Made by a program: the position numbers and the translations under genes
Notes under the pieces: model-generated
Told to the model about the DNA's origin: nothing
Seen by the model: only the letters and a program-made list of their open reading frames with translations
Databases searched by the model: none
Shown: piece after piece, positions 1 to 9,898 of the stretch
Position numbering within the stretch: position 1 is the stretch's first letter
How the letters are laid out: each line of letters opens with the position of its first letter
Source: Methanothermobacter thermautotrophicus str. Delta H
GTDB taxonomy: Archaea; Methanobacteriota; Methanobacteria; Methanobacteriales; Methanothermobacteraceae
DNA: 32,000 nt
Reading direction: 5' to 3'
NCBI RefSeq assembly: GCF_000008645.1
Contig: NC_000916.1
Location: forward strand, 900,001-932,000

Positions 1-983
1 CCGGTAAGGGCGCCACCAGAACCCAGGCAAGGGCCTCGGCCATGATGGAGGCCTTTGAGAGGTATTCAGCAGAAAGAAAGCCCGAAGATGAAACATTCAC
101 AGCTCACCCAGAGGACTGTGACGGCCTTGACCCTGAGTCACTGATACTTCCAGGGTCCACTGATCTGAAATCTGAACTGGAGTGGATTAATGCAGAGAAC
201 CTCACCGGTGATGAGGAGGTCCCGGTACCTGCAAATGCTGTTTTTCATCCATACAACCCTCCGGAAGGCTGCATGAGTCTGTTCCGATCAAACACCAATG
301 GACTTGCATCAGGGAATGCAAGGGAGGAGGCCATATTCCATGGGCTGATGGAGGTGATTGAAAGGGATGCCTGGAGCCTCTTCGAGGCTAGGAGGGGTCC
401 CAAAGTGGAGGTTGACTGCTCAGGGACGGATAATGATATAATATCAGGACTCCTTGAGAAGTTCCATGCCGCTGGTGTGGAGGTGACCCTGGTTGACCTT
501 ACAGCAGACACCGGGGTTGCGACGGTGGCTGCGGTTGCAGATGACACCGTCCTGAGGGATCCGGCCCTCCTCACCATGGGCGTCGGGACCCACCTTGACC
601 CTGAAATTGCGGTTATAAGGGCCCTCACAGAGGTCGCCCAGAGCAGGGCCACCCAGATACATGGAACCCGTGAGGACACCGTCAGGGCCGAGTTCATGAG
701 ACGTGCCGGGTATGAGCGTATGAAGAGACTCAACAGGCACTGGTTCAGTGAACCGGAGGACACGATTACCCTGGATGAGATGGAGGACCTCTCAACAAGG
801 TCATTCAGGGGAGACCTTGAGATAACCCTCAGGAAACTGCGTGAATCCGGTCTAGAGGATGTTTTCTATGTTGACCTCACCCGTGATGTGGGGGTCCCTG
901 TCGTCAGGGTCATAGTTCCGGGCCTTGAGGTCTTCTCTGTTGACCCGGAACGTGTGGGGCGTCGCATCAGGTCCTCCATCTGA
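1..983 (+). CDS. ycaO: YcaO-domain protein, 5' end outside window; candidate for McrA thioglycine formation with TfuA
   Basis: The reading frame is open from base 3, upstream of the listed ATG at 42, and reads [24 protein letters not shown], a typical YcaO ATP-binding motif. It continues with [29 protein letters not shown] and ends with [17 protein letters not shown]. Confidence 0.9.
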   Translation, partial: GKGATRTQARASAMMEAFERYSAERKPEDETFTAHPEDCDGLDPESLILPGSTDLKSELEWINAENLTGDEEVPVPANAVFHPYNPPEGCMSLFRSNTNGLASGNAREEAIFHGLMEVIERDAWSLFEARRGPKVEVDCSGTDNDIISGLLEKFHAAGVEVTLVDLTADTGVATVAAVADDTVLRDPALLTMGVGTHLDPEIAVIRALTEVAQSRATQIHGTREDTVRAEFMRRAGYERMKRLNRHWFSEPEDTITLDEMEDLSTRSFRGDLEITLRKLRESGLEDVFYVDLTRDVGVPVVRVIVPGLEVFSVDPERVGRRIRSSI

Positions 984-1101
984 GGATTCTGTAAAGATCC
1001 GATTCTGTCAAGTGTTTCCAGATGCAGGAGCTCCTCCTTCTGATATCCGGACCAATTTATCATCTAAAAGATTAATTATCAGCGCCAAGATACCAACCAG
1101 T

Positions 1102-1751
1102 ATGCATGGTAAGAAAATAATCATCTTCACGGGACCATCCCTATCACACACTGAAGCCTCCAGTATCCTTGAAGCTGAGTACAGGCCACCGGTGAGAAGG
1201 GGTGACATTCAGGAGGCCATGAAGGAGAACCCGGACATAATAGGCATAATAGACGGTGTTTTCCACCAGAGCCCTGCTGTTGGTCACAGGGAGATCATTG
1301 ATGCCATCAGGAGGGGTGTGAAGGTGGTTGGAGGGGCCAGCATGGGGCCCTGAGGGCCTCAGAGCTCAGTGAACTTGGAATGGTGGGTGTTGGCCGCATC
1401 TTCAGATCATACCTTGATGGTGAAATCGAATCGGATGATGACGTTGCAGTGGCCTTCAACCCTGACACCCTTGAGCCCCTCTCTGACTCCCTTGTCAGCA
1501 TAGAATTCAACCTTAAAAGAGCCCTCATGAGGGGTGTGATAAGAGAGGATGATTTCAGGGAGCTTATGAATACCGCGAAGAACCTCTTCTACCCCCTCCG
1601 AAATTACAGGAGGATCCTCCATGAAAGCGGGATCCCTGATGATACCAAAGAATCCCTGCGTTCCTTCCTTGAATCAGAGGGGAGGGACCTTAAAAGGGAG
1701 GATGCGCTGGAGGTCATCCGTCATATAAAGAAACTTGCATCTACAGGATAG
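1102..1751 (+). pseudogene. tfuA: TfuA-like protein split by a single-base frameshift, or a sequencing error
   Basis: Frame 1 from ATG 1102 reads MHGKKIIIFTGPSLSHTEA...GVKVVGGASMGP-stop (1353). The overlapping frame reads ALRASELSELGMVGVGRIFRSYLDGEIES... to 1751. Joined, they restore the TfuA-type motif GASMGALRASELSELGM. Confidence 0.8.
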
Positions 1752-1904
1752 GTTCCAGAAAGTAAGGGATAGAACTACACATAACAGAACCCAAATACGC
1801 AGAGATGAGACTGAACCAAACTAATAACAGAACCATGGACTGCTGCATTCAGACTACAGCGAAATGATGAACCTCACAGGACCTAGAATTATGGATGTGT
1901 TATC

Positions 1905-2921
1905 ATGGATCTTGAATCAAAGGTTGAAAGGGTTAAGACGGCCCTCAGGGGTGAGAGGATCGCCGTTGGATTCTCGGGTGGTGCTGACAGCACAGCCCTT
2001 CTTGATATGGCCGCTGATGTTGCTGATACTGTGGTCGCCTTCACCGTGGATACCGGTGTGATGCCCCGTGGCTTCATTGAGGGGGCTTCAGGCATAGCCC
2101 GGGAGATTGGCGTGGAACATGTTGTCCTGGAGATGAACCTCCTCGAGAATGTGGAATTTGCGAAAAATGCTGCTGACCGGTGCTTTGTGTGTAAGAACAT
2201 CATATACAGTTCCATAATCAGAGAAGCTCATAACCGGGGCCTTGATGTGGTTGCAGACGGCACCACAGCCAGTGACATGTTCGAGGACCGCCCGGGGGTC
2301 CTTGTGAACCACCTTCTTGGAATAAGAACACCCCTCCTGGACGCAGGGATGAAGAGAAGTGATGTGATTGAATACCTCAGGTCCAGGGGGCTTAACTATC
2401 TGGAGGAAACCACCTGCCTTGCAACCAGGATCAGGACAGGTGAAGAAATCACACCCGAGAGGATAAACAGGATCTCCTATGCTGAAAGCCTCATCAGGAG
2501 CGTGTACGGTGATGGGAAGATCCGTGTCCGCCACGAAGGAGAATCCGCCATAATAGAGGTTGATGAACCAGAACGGCTCCTTGAGACACCCATCATAAGG
2601 CACCTGGATGATGAACTGAGGGCCGTTGGATTCAGAAGGGTCCTTCTTGACCTTACAGGGAGAAAGACCCCTGACGAGGCCATGATCTACAGGCCCTGCC
2701 GCGATGCTGAATCAAGGATAATGTTCGAGGTTAAACTGCCCTACAGCATAGACATTGCCAGGACCTGCAGGGAACTCATGGATAGGGGGCCCAGGTGTTC
2801 AGAGAAGATGGGGGTCATCATGCTGGAGGCCGGTGATGGGAATGTCACCATCTTCAGGAACGGGAAGATCGTTGCAAGGAGGGTCAGAGACCAGGAGGAA
2901 GGCAGAGGATGTCATCCTTGA
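1905..2921 (+). CDS. larE: LarE-like ATP-dependent sulfur transferase (PP-loop) with a C-terminal extension
   Basis: AVGFSGGADSTALLDMA PP-loop; DRCFVCK motif; EETTCLATRIRTGEEITPERINRISYAE matches the LarE conserved Cys region; 338 aa with a Cys-containing C-terminal extension. Confidence 0.8.
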   Translation: MDLESKVERVKTALRGERIAVGFSGGADSTALLDMAADVADTVVAFTVDTGVMPRGFIEGASGIAREIGVEHVVLEMNLLENVEFAKNAADRCFVCKNIIYSSIIREAHNRGLDVVADGTTASDMFEDRPGVLVNHLLGIRTPLLDAGMKRSDVIEYLRSRGLNYLEETTCLATRIRTGEEITPERINRISYAESLIRSVYGDGKIRVRHEGESAIIEVDEPERLLETPIIRHLDDELRAVGFRRVLLDLTGRKTPDEAMIYRPCRDAESRIMFEVKLPYSIDIARTCRELMDRGPRCSEKMGVIMLEAGDGNVTIFRNGKIVARRVRDQEEGRGCHP

Positions 2922-3003
2922 GGTGATCCCCCACATAATGAGGGAGCCTGTCAGTTAATGGGCCATTGAAAGGATTGCGGAAGAGCTGGAGGCTCCGGTT
3001 GAA

Positions 3004-3426
3004 CTAGAGGACCCTCCTAACATTCTCATCCAACCTTCTCCTGAAGGATGTCATCCTCCTCAGGAGGCCCCTTGAGTCAGGTCCCCTCAGAACTAGGTCC
3101 TCCTCAATACTGAACCGGATGCCGTCGGCGCTTATCTCATTGAAGACTAACTCAACCTCATTTGAGTCGTCCGGGATGTCATTGGTCCTCACATTGTAGT
3201 CAACAAGTAGTTCATCATGTTCAAGGACATCTGAAATAGCGGACTTGAGCGTCATCTCCAGCACATCCAGAAAGGTTTCTATGACCGGGAGGTCGTTCCA
3301 CCAGCAGTACCCGAGGAGCATCTTGAGCTGTATATCCTTTATTGAGACCTCTCCATGGTTCTTAACTGCAACTGTGAGAACCCCCCTGGAGGTTCTCAGC
3401 GTTATCCTCTGGTCAGTCATTTCCAT
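3004..3426 (-). CDS. Hypothetical protein, about 140 aa, overlapping the upstream CBS-domain gene
   Basis: Intact ORF overlapping the 3' end of the CBS gene (3413..3426); acidic, regular coding composition; no family recognised. Confidence 0.6.
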   Translation of the reverse strand: MEMTDQRITLRTSRGVLTVAVKNHGEVSIKDIQLKMLLGYCWWNDLPVIETFLDVLEMTLKSAISDVLEHDELLVDYNVRTNDIPDDSNEVELVFNEISADGIRFSIEEDLVLRGPDSRGLLRRMTSFRRRLDENVRRVL

Positions 3427-4258
3427 CAATAAGAGCGTTTATAAGGTCATTGGCCCTTGCAAGCCCGACGAGGTCTCCTTCATAGTCTATGATGGGTATC
3501 TGCTCAATTTTCCTCCTCTTCATCTTCTGTGCGCAGGAGGTTACGGTTGTTGAGGTGGTTGCCGTCACGATATCTGTGGTGGCGACGTCCCTGGCCTCCT
3601 TGTCAGGGAATTTCAGCTGATTCTTTATGACGTAGAGGACGTTCTTGCTGTCCCATGACCACCTGTCACCCTCTGTACCGACTGAGGTGTTGTGGACTGT
3701 GCTCTCTGAGACCACCTCACTCTCATTTATGAAGTCTGTCTCTGTGAGGACACCTGATAGTTTTCCTCTGTTGTTGAGGGTGAGGAGCACCTTTAACCTG
3801 AAGTACCGCATTATCTCAAAGGCCACGTTGAGTGGTGTCCTGTCCCAGGTGGTGGGGATGTTGCGTGTCATGTAATTTTCAACAGGTTCCTGGATGTCCA
3901 TCTCAGCGATGGCCCCTGCAACAAGGTCATAGCTTGTCACTATGCCCACAAGCCTGTCCCCATCCACAACAGGGACCCTGCGGATGTTGTTCTCAAGCAT
4001 CCGCTCTGCAGCCACCCTGACGTCATCATCAGGGGATACCGTGACAGGGTTTCTTGTCATAATGAGGACTATCTGCTCCTCATCAGGGTTTTCAACAAGA
4101 TCAGATCTTGTTATTATGCCTACGAGTTCCTCCGTTCCCTTCTTAACCACAGGAAGCCCTGAAACATTCTTCTTTCTCATGAGTTCAAGGGCTGTTGCCC
4201 TGTTCCCTGGTACAGTAACGTAGTGTATGTTCTCTGACATTATCTCCTTTACAAGCAT
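3413..4258 (-). CDS. Multi-CBS domain protein (about four CBS repeats)
   Basis: Repeated signatures [89 protein letters not shown] and [36 protein letters not shown] 4258 is preferred, with GGTG upstream. Confidence 0.88.
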   Translation of the reverse strand: MLVKEIMSENIHYVTVPGNRATALELMRKKNVSGLPVVKKGTEELVGIITRSDLVENPDEEQIVLIMTRNPVTVSPDDDVRVAAERMLENNIRRVPVVDGDRLVGIVTSYDLVAGAIAEMDIQEPVENYMTRNIPTTWDRTPLNVAFEIMRYFRLKVLLTLNNRGKLSGVLTETDFINESEVVSESTVHNTSVGTEGDRWSWDSKNVLYVIKNQLKFPDKEARDVATTDIVTATTSTTVTSCAQKMKRRKIEQIPIIDYEGDLVGLARANDLINALIDGND

Positions 4259-4294
4259 GACCAACACCAGAAGTAATTCGTAAAAAAAGGTTTT

Positions 4295-4726
4295 TCAGTG
4301 AACCACGAGGACCGGGCAGCCTGCGGATCTTACAACCTTCTCGGCCACGCTTCCCAGAAGGAATCTGTCAAGACCGTGTTTGCCTGAGGTACCCATTACC
4401 ACGAGGTCCACGCCCTCCTTCTCCACTGTCCTGAGTATGGCCTCTGCAGGTGAACCCTCATCGGTCCTCACTGTTAACTTTATATCCGCCCCTGACTCCT
4501 CAACGAGCTTTTTAACAGCCTCCAGGGACCTTGAGGCCTCCTCCTCGAGCATCTCCCGCAATCTTATTATAAGGTCGTCGGCTGGTAGACCCACCAGTGA
4601 AGACGTCTCCATAACTGTTAAAGCAATTATTTCAGCTCCGCTTTCCCTGGCAATCCATATTGCATGTTCAGCAGCCTTATTGGCCTGTTTTGAGCCGTCG
4701 GTCGGGAGCAGGATTTTACTGTACAT
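4295..4726 (-). CDS. Universal stress protein (UspA family)
   Basis: [26 protein letters not shown]...[36 protein letters not shown]; ATP-binding Usp motif G-x2-G-x9-G(S/T). Confidence 0.93.
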   Translation of the reverse strand: MYSKILLPTDGSKQANKAAEHAIWIARESGAEIIALTVMETSSLVGLPADDLIIRLREMLEEEASRSLEAVKKLVEESGADIKLTVRTDEGSPAEAILRTVEKEGVDLVVMGTSGKHGLDRFLLGSVAEKVVRSAGCPVLVVH

Positions 4727-4730
4727 AGCC

Positions 4731-5885
4731 TCACCTCTTAACTAGTTTACCTTTTATTATTAAATATATTATATTTTTCGATTCGGTCCGGTTTATGATT
4801 GAGAGGTATGGATCACCTGAAAGCTTCTCCACGAGGATAAGGTCCGCAGGGAAGCCCTCCTCGATGACACCTGTGCCTGTGAAGGCTGATGTGTTGGATG
4901 TGGCCATCCTCAGCACCTCCACCGGTGGGAAGTATCTGCGTGCGCATCCCCTTGTGACCTTGAGTGTGTACTCCATCTCACGCAGCATATCAGGGGAGTT
5001 GAACATCAGGTTGTCTGTGCCAAGGAGAAGGTTGATGCCCAGCTCATGCATCCTCCTGATGGGGGGTATGCCGGATGAGAGCGCCCCGTTGGACCTGGGA
5101 CAGAGGACCACCGACGCACCACTCTCCCTCACAAGTTTAAGGTCCTCCCTGACAGGGTTTGTGAGGTGTACAAGGAGTTTGAATCCTGCGTTGAGGGCCC
5201 TTTCAACCTCACTCATGCCTGTATCCTCAAGGGACCTTCTCTGTGACTCCCTGTGCTCTGCAACGTGTATGGATGCTATCTTTCCTGCCCTTTCACATTC
5301 CTCAACGATTATGGATGCTGTTTCATCCGTTATCTCACCCATACCGCTGGGGGCGAATCCGTCTGAAACCCTCAGGACCCCCCTGACCCGCCGGCGGATC
5401 TCAGCCCGGGATGCCTCCTGATCAAAGACCACGGGATCCCTTCCAAGTATAATCCCTGAGATGGGGAGGTCACCGATGGCCTCCCTCAGGAGTTCAACCC
5501 CCTCAGGGCCGCCCTCCCTGTAGTCAATAAATGATCCGATCCCATGGGTGATCATGTCCCTGGCCGAGTTTCTCATGGCCTCCATGAGCATCCCTGGTGG
5601 TGACGATTCCAGTATCCTGTGTTTGAGGCCATTAGGGGGTCTCACTATATCCTCAAGTGGTCTTCCATCGCCCACATCAAGTGCAACTGAGTCGCCGATG
5701 TGAACATGTGAATTTACAAGTGCAGGGCATACCATTAGCTTTGAAGCGTCGATTCTCTCTCCTGATGGGGCCCGTTCATCTGTTATCTCCTTTATGATTC
5801 CATCCTCAATCACCAGGTTCTTCCTCTGGGGTGTGAGCTCGGGGCCCCTCAGGATGGTTCCATTTTCAACCACAAGCATATTCAT
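4731..5885 (-). CDS. Amidohydrolase family protein (chlorohydrolase/deaminase-like)
   Basis: Metal-binding motif VNSHVHIGD; later IHVAEHRE and [14 protein letters not shown]; C-terminal [10 protein letters not shown]. Confidence 0.82.
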   Translation of the reverse strand: MNMLVVENGTILRGPELTPQRKNLVIEDGIIKEITDERAPSGERIDASKLMVCPALVNSHVHIGDSVALDVGDGRPLEDIVRPPNGLKHRILESSPPGMLMEAMRNSARDMITHGIGSFIDYREGGPEGVELLREAIGDLPISGIILGRDPVVFDQEASRAEIRRRVRGVLRVSDGFAPSGMGEITDETASIIVEECERAGKIASIHVAEHRESQRRSLEDTGMSEVERALNAGFKLLVHLTNPVREDLKLVRESGASVVLCPRSNGALSSGIPPIRRMHELGINLLLGTDNLMFNSPDMLREMEYTLKVTRGCARRYFPPVEVLRMATSNTSAFTGTGVIEEGFPADLILVEKLSGDPYLSIINRTESKNIIYLIIKGKLVKR

Positions 5886-6007
5886 TATATAGGTGCGGGA
5901 TCTTCTTTAATGCTTTCTGGATACTGTGGTGATTTTCCAGAAAAGAAGAGAAAAAATCGCACATAACTCCTCAGATTTTCCAGTTCAAAAAGGAAAGTGG
6001 GGTACTG

Positions 6008-7336
6008 CTAAAACTTCCTGAGATTGTTCAGCTCAGACTTCTCAGCGACCCTGTTGTAGTAGTCCACCTTAACCGTGCCCCTGTAGTACCTGTAGTATAC
6101 CTTGAGTCTGGTGCTTGCACCCGGGTTGAGGGTCCCGGTGTAAACCTGCTTGTAGTTCCTTGTTGAGTATCTGCCGTACCAGACCCTTGTGTAGAAGTTC
6201 CTGGCGGCGGCTGTACCCTGATTCCTGATGTATATGTACAGTGTGCTACCTGATTTTCTGGTCCCCGTAACCACCAGGTCCGGTTTCGGGTTTCCAGCTG
6301 TTACTGTCTTCTTCTTAACTGATATGAGGCCATTGGAGTCTTTCGCTGTCAGTGAAACCGTGTAGTATCCCTCACGGGCATAGGTGTGTGTAACATTAGA
6401 ACCGGTGGCGGTTGAACCATCGCCAAAGTTCCAGGTAAGGGTGAGGTTGTCACCATCAGGGTCATATGAGGTTGAAGTGAATGCAAATGTTCTGATTGAT
6501 GTTGAGCCACAGTAGGCGTAGGTGAAGTCAGCAACAGGTTTGCTTCCTGTGAAGGTGGGCCTGCTCTTTGTCCTGTACCATTCCTCTGCAGCCGCATCAT
6601 CGTAGGGTGTTGTCTGATTAACCCTGGGAAATGTTCCGTTCCAGTCCCCGACGAAGGCCGCGTATCCATGATCGTTGCGCCACACCTCTGTTCCATTGTA
6701 CAGGGTGCTCTGATTTATAACCTCATAGTTCTGCTGGTTGGCCTCATAGAAGTTCCTGGCGCCGCTGAGGAAGTCATAGATTATCTCGGCACCATCCCAT
6801 GCAGTTGCATAGTAGTTGGCCCCTGCCCCCGTGAACATCCTTGCAAAGCTGTAAACCGTTTCAACGGGGTTTTTAACCTCATACTCCTCAACCCAGCCGG
6901 TTGAGAAGCATGCGTGAAGTAGAATTGCGGGTATGCCATCCTTGAAGGGAGCATAGAATGTGGTGCCGTTCACCATCATCATGTCACCGGCACTCCATAT
7001 GTACCCATCCCTTGCAACAAGGCCGAATGGTGGTGTGGCGTTACCTCCACGACCATCATAGTGACCCGCCATGTAGCCACCGTGTCCGGCGTAGATCACT
7101 GCATCTGCCCCATACATACCCTTCAGTATGTTCTTGACGGTTGCATTGTTCCTGTAGAGCTCAAGAACATGGTAACCCCTGTTTTTGAGGGTCGTTGCAA
7201 CCTTCTTTGCCTCATCATACATGTCAGGGCTATCGGAGAGGCTATCTGCTACTATGAGTATGTGGGCCTCTGCCACTGGAAATGTGATGACTGATGCGAT
7301 GATGAGTGCTGTGAGCATAAATCCTGATACCCTCAT
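6008..7336 (-). CDS. Secreted surface protein: signal peptide, putative caspase/gingipain-like domain, PKD domain, CARDB-like C-terminus
   Basis: N-terminal MRVSGFMLTALIIASVITFPVAEA signal; VIYAGHGGY and PAILLHACFSTG; PKD motif YDPDGDNLTLTWNFGDGSTATGSNVTHTYAREGYYTVSLTAKDSNG; C-terminus PDLVVTG...NQGTAAARNF...VAEKSELNN. Confidence 0.75.
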   Translation of the reverse strand: MRVSGFMLTALIIASVITFPVAEAHILIVADSLSDSPDMYDEAKKVATTLKNRGYHVLELYRNNATVKNILKGMYGADAVIYAGHGGYMAGHYDGRGGNATPPFGLVARDGYIWSAGDMMMVNGTTFYAPFKDGIPAILLHACFSTGWVEEYEVKNPVETVYSFARMFTGAGANYYATAWDGAEIIYDFLSGARNFYEANQQNYEVINQSTLYNGTEVWRNDHGYAAFVGDWNGTFPRVNQTTPYDDAAAEEWYRTKSRPTFTGSKPVADFTYAYCGSTSIRTFAFTSTSYDPDGDNLTLTWNFGDGSTATGSNVTHTYAREGYYTVSLTAKDSNGLISVKKKTVTAGNPKPDLVVTGTRKSGSTLYIYIRNQGTAAARNFYTRVWYGRYSTRNYKQVYTGTLNPGASTRLKVYYRYYRGTVKVDYYNRVAEKSELNNLRKF

Positions 7337-7404
7337 CGTATTCACCGATCAGCTCTATGGCTTCACATAAACTTAAACATATGATGGTATCTTGGTGCTC
7401 AGAC

Positions 7405-9898
7405 TCACATACCATGGTATTCATCAAGGGACTTCACTGTTATTTTTCCCATGCGAACTGCTTCAATGGCATTAAGGGCCGCCCTGGCCCCTGCAAGTGT
7501 CGTGACGTAGGGTATTCCAAGTTCAACGGCCATCCTCCTTATGAGGTAGCCGTCATCGGCTGACTGCTTCCCGGATGGTGTGTTTATTATGAGACCAACT
7601 TCACCATCCAGAATTGCGTCCCTGATGTTTGGTGACCCCTGGCTCACCTTCCTCACGACCTCTATATCTGCAATGTCACTGACTGCCCTGGCTGTTCCCC
7701 GGGTTGCCATGATCCTGAAGCCGAGTTCATCGGCCTTTTTAACGATATCGGCTATCTTATCCTTGTCCTGGTCCCTGACACTTATGAAGACCTTCCCCTC
7801 ATTGAGGAGGTCCATGCTGGCTGAGAGCTGGGACTTGTAGTAGGCTATGCCAAAGTTTTCATCTATTCCCATGGCCTCGCCTGTTGATTTCATCTCAGGG
7901 CCCAGGACCGAATCTGCTCCAGGGAGCTTTATGAATGGGAATACAGACTCCTTCACAGCGACGTGTTCTATATCCTTCTCCTCTGTGAGACCAAGGTCCC
8001 TGAGCTTCGCGCCCATCATGAGCCTTGCAGCCATCTTGGCAAGGGGGACCCCTGTCGCCTTGCTGACAAAGGGTACTGTACGGCTTGCCCTCGGGTTTGC
8101 CTCGAGTATGTAGACTGATGGATCTGAGTCTGGCTTTACAGCGTACTGTATGTTTATGAGGCCCACCACCTCAAGTTCAAGGGCCAGTTTCCTTGTGTAC
8201 TCCTTTATGGTATCAATTATATCCTCCGGGATGCTCTGTGGTGGTATCACGCACGCTGAATCCCCTGAGTGGACTCCTGCCTCCTCGATGTGCTCCATTA
8301 TACCTCCTATGTAGACGTCGGTGCCGTCGCAGAGTGCATCCACGTCGACCTCTATGGCATCCTCAAGGAACTTGTCCACCAGTATGGGGTGTTCGGGGGA
8401 TACACGGACAGCCTCCCTCATGTACTCCTCAAGCTCCACATCATCATAGACTATCTCCATCGCCCTTCCACCCAGGACATAGGAGGGCCTTACGAGTACA
8501 GGGTAGCCTATGCGTTCAGCCACGGCCCTTGCATCCTCAAAGGACTTTGCGATTCCGTAGGGTGCCTGGGGTATTCCCAGTTTATTCAGCACCTCAGTGA
8601 ATCTTTCACGGTCCTCTACCCTGTCTATGCTCTCATGTGGTGTTCCGAGTATCCTCACACCAGCCTCTGCCAGGGGGACCGCCAGGTTTATGGATGTCTG
8701 GCCACCGAACTGGACAACAACACCCTCTGGTTTCTCCTTCTCGATGATGGCGAGGACGTCCTCAAGGGTGAGGGGCTCGAAGTAGAGCTTATCTGAGATG
8801 TCATAATCTGTACTCACTGTCTCCGGGTTGTTGTTGACCATTATGGTCTCATATCCATCCTCAGTGAGGGCCATGGCTGCGTGGACGCAGCAGTAGTCGA
8901 ACTCTATCCCCTGACCTATCCTTATTGGACCTGAACCTATGATGAGGACCTTTCTACGGTCTGATACCTCCACCTCATCTTCAAGGTCATAGCAACCATA
9001 GTAGTAGGGTGTCCTGGCCTCAAACTCGGCTGCGCATGTATCAACCATCTTGTAGACAGGTTTTATGTTGTTCTCAAGCCTCAGGGCCCTGATACTGGAT
9101 TCATCCATACCTGTGAGGGATGCTAATCTCGAATCTGAAAAGCCCATCCGCTTGGCCTTGAGCAGTATGCGGGGGTCCTCCAGTGATTCCCTGGTGATGG
9201 ATGATTCAAATTCAGCTATGTTGCTTATCTTCTGGAGGAAGAAGGGGTCTATCTGTGTCAGGCCATGTATCTCCTCTATGCTCATACCATCCCTGAGGGC
9301 GGTGTAGACCTGAAAGAGCCTCTGGTCCGTTGGATTCTCAAGGTCCGCCCTGGTGTATGGTGTCTCAGTGAATCCGTCTGCACCGATGTCCAGGGACCTT
9401 ATGGCCTTGTTGAGGGACTCCTCAAGGGTTCTCCCTATGGCCATGACCTCCCCCGTGGACTTCATCTGAACCCCTATCTCCCTGCTTATCCCCTTGAACT
9501 TGTCAAAGGGCCAGCGGGGGATCTTTGTGACCACGTAATCTATTGTGGGCTCGAAGGACGCTGGTGTCTCCTTGGTGATGTCGTTCTGTATCTCATCGAG
9601 GGTCATGCCGACGGCTATCTTGGCCGCTATCTTGGCTATGGGGTAACCCGTGGCCTTGGATGCCAGCGCACTGCTCCTGCTGACCCTCGGGTTCACCTCT
9701 ATGACCTTGTATTCGCCGGTCTCCGGGTGGACAGCGAACTGTATGTTACAGCCACCCTCTATCTTGAGGGCCCTTATGATCTTTATGGCCGCATCCCTCA
9801 GCCTCTGGTTGTCCTCGTCGCTGAGGGTCTGGGCAGGTGCAACCACCACGCTTTCACCTGTGTGTATGCCCATGGGGTCGATGTTCTCCATGTTACAG
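7405..9898 (-). CDS. carB: Carbamoyl-phosphate synthase large subunit, C-terminal portion (after frameshift)
   Basis: [33 protein letters not shown]..., second ATP-grasp [26 protein letters not shown], through the MGS-like C-terminal domain [25 protein letters not shown]. Confidence 0.93.

Noticed and set aside
1751-1905. Short similar stretches ACATAACAGAACCC and CTAATAACAGAACCAT before larE
   Set aside because: Only about 10-12 nt of similarity in A-rich intergenic DNA; not distinguishable from chance.
2088-2603. 171-aa minus-strand ORF
   Set aside because: Fully antisense to the clear LarE-like gene; Cys/Pro/His-rich shadow sequence with no recognisable family.
4795-5421. 208-aa plus-strand ORF opposite the amidohydrolase
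   Set aside because: Antisense shadow, Ser/Leu-rich; the opposite strand has metal-binding amidohydrolase motifs.
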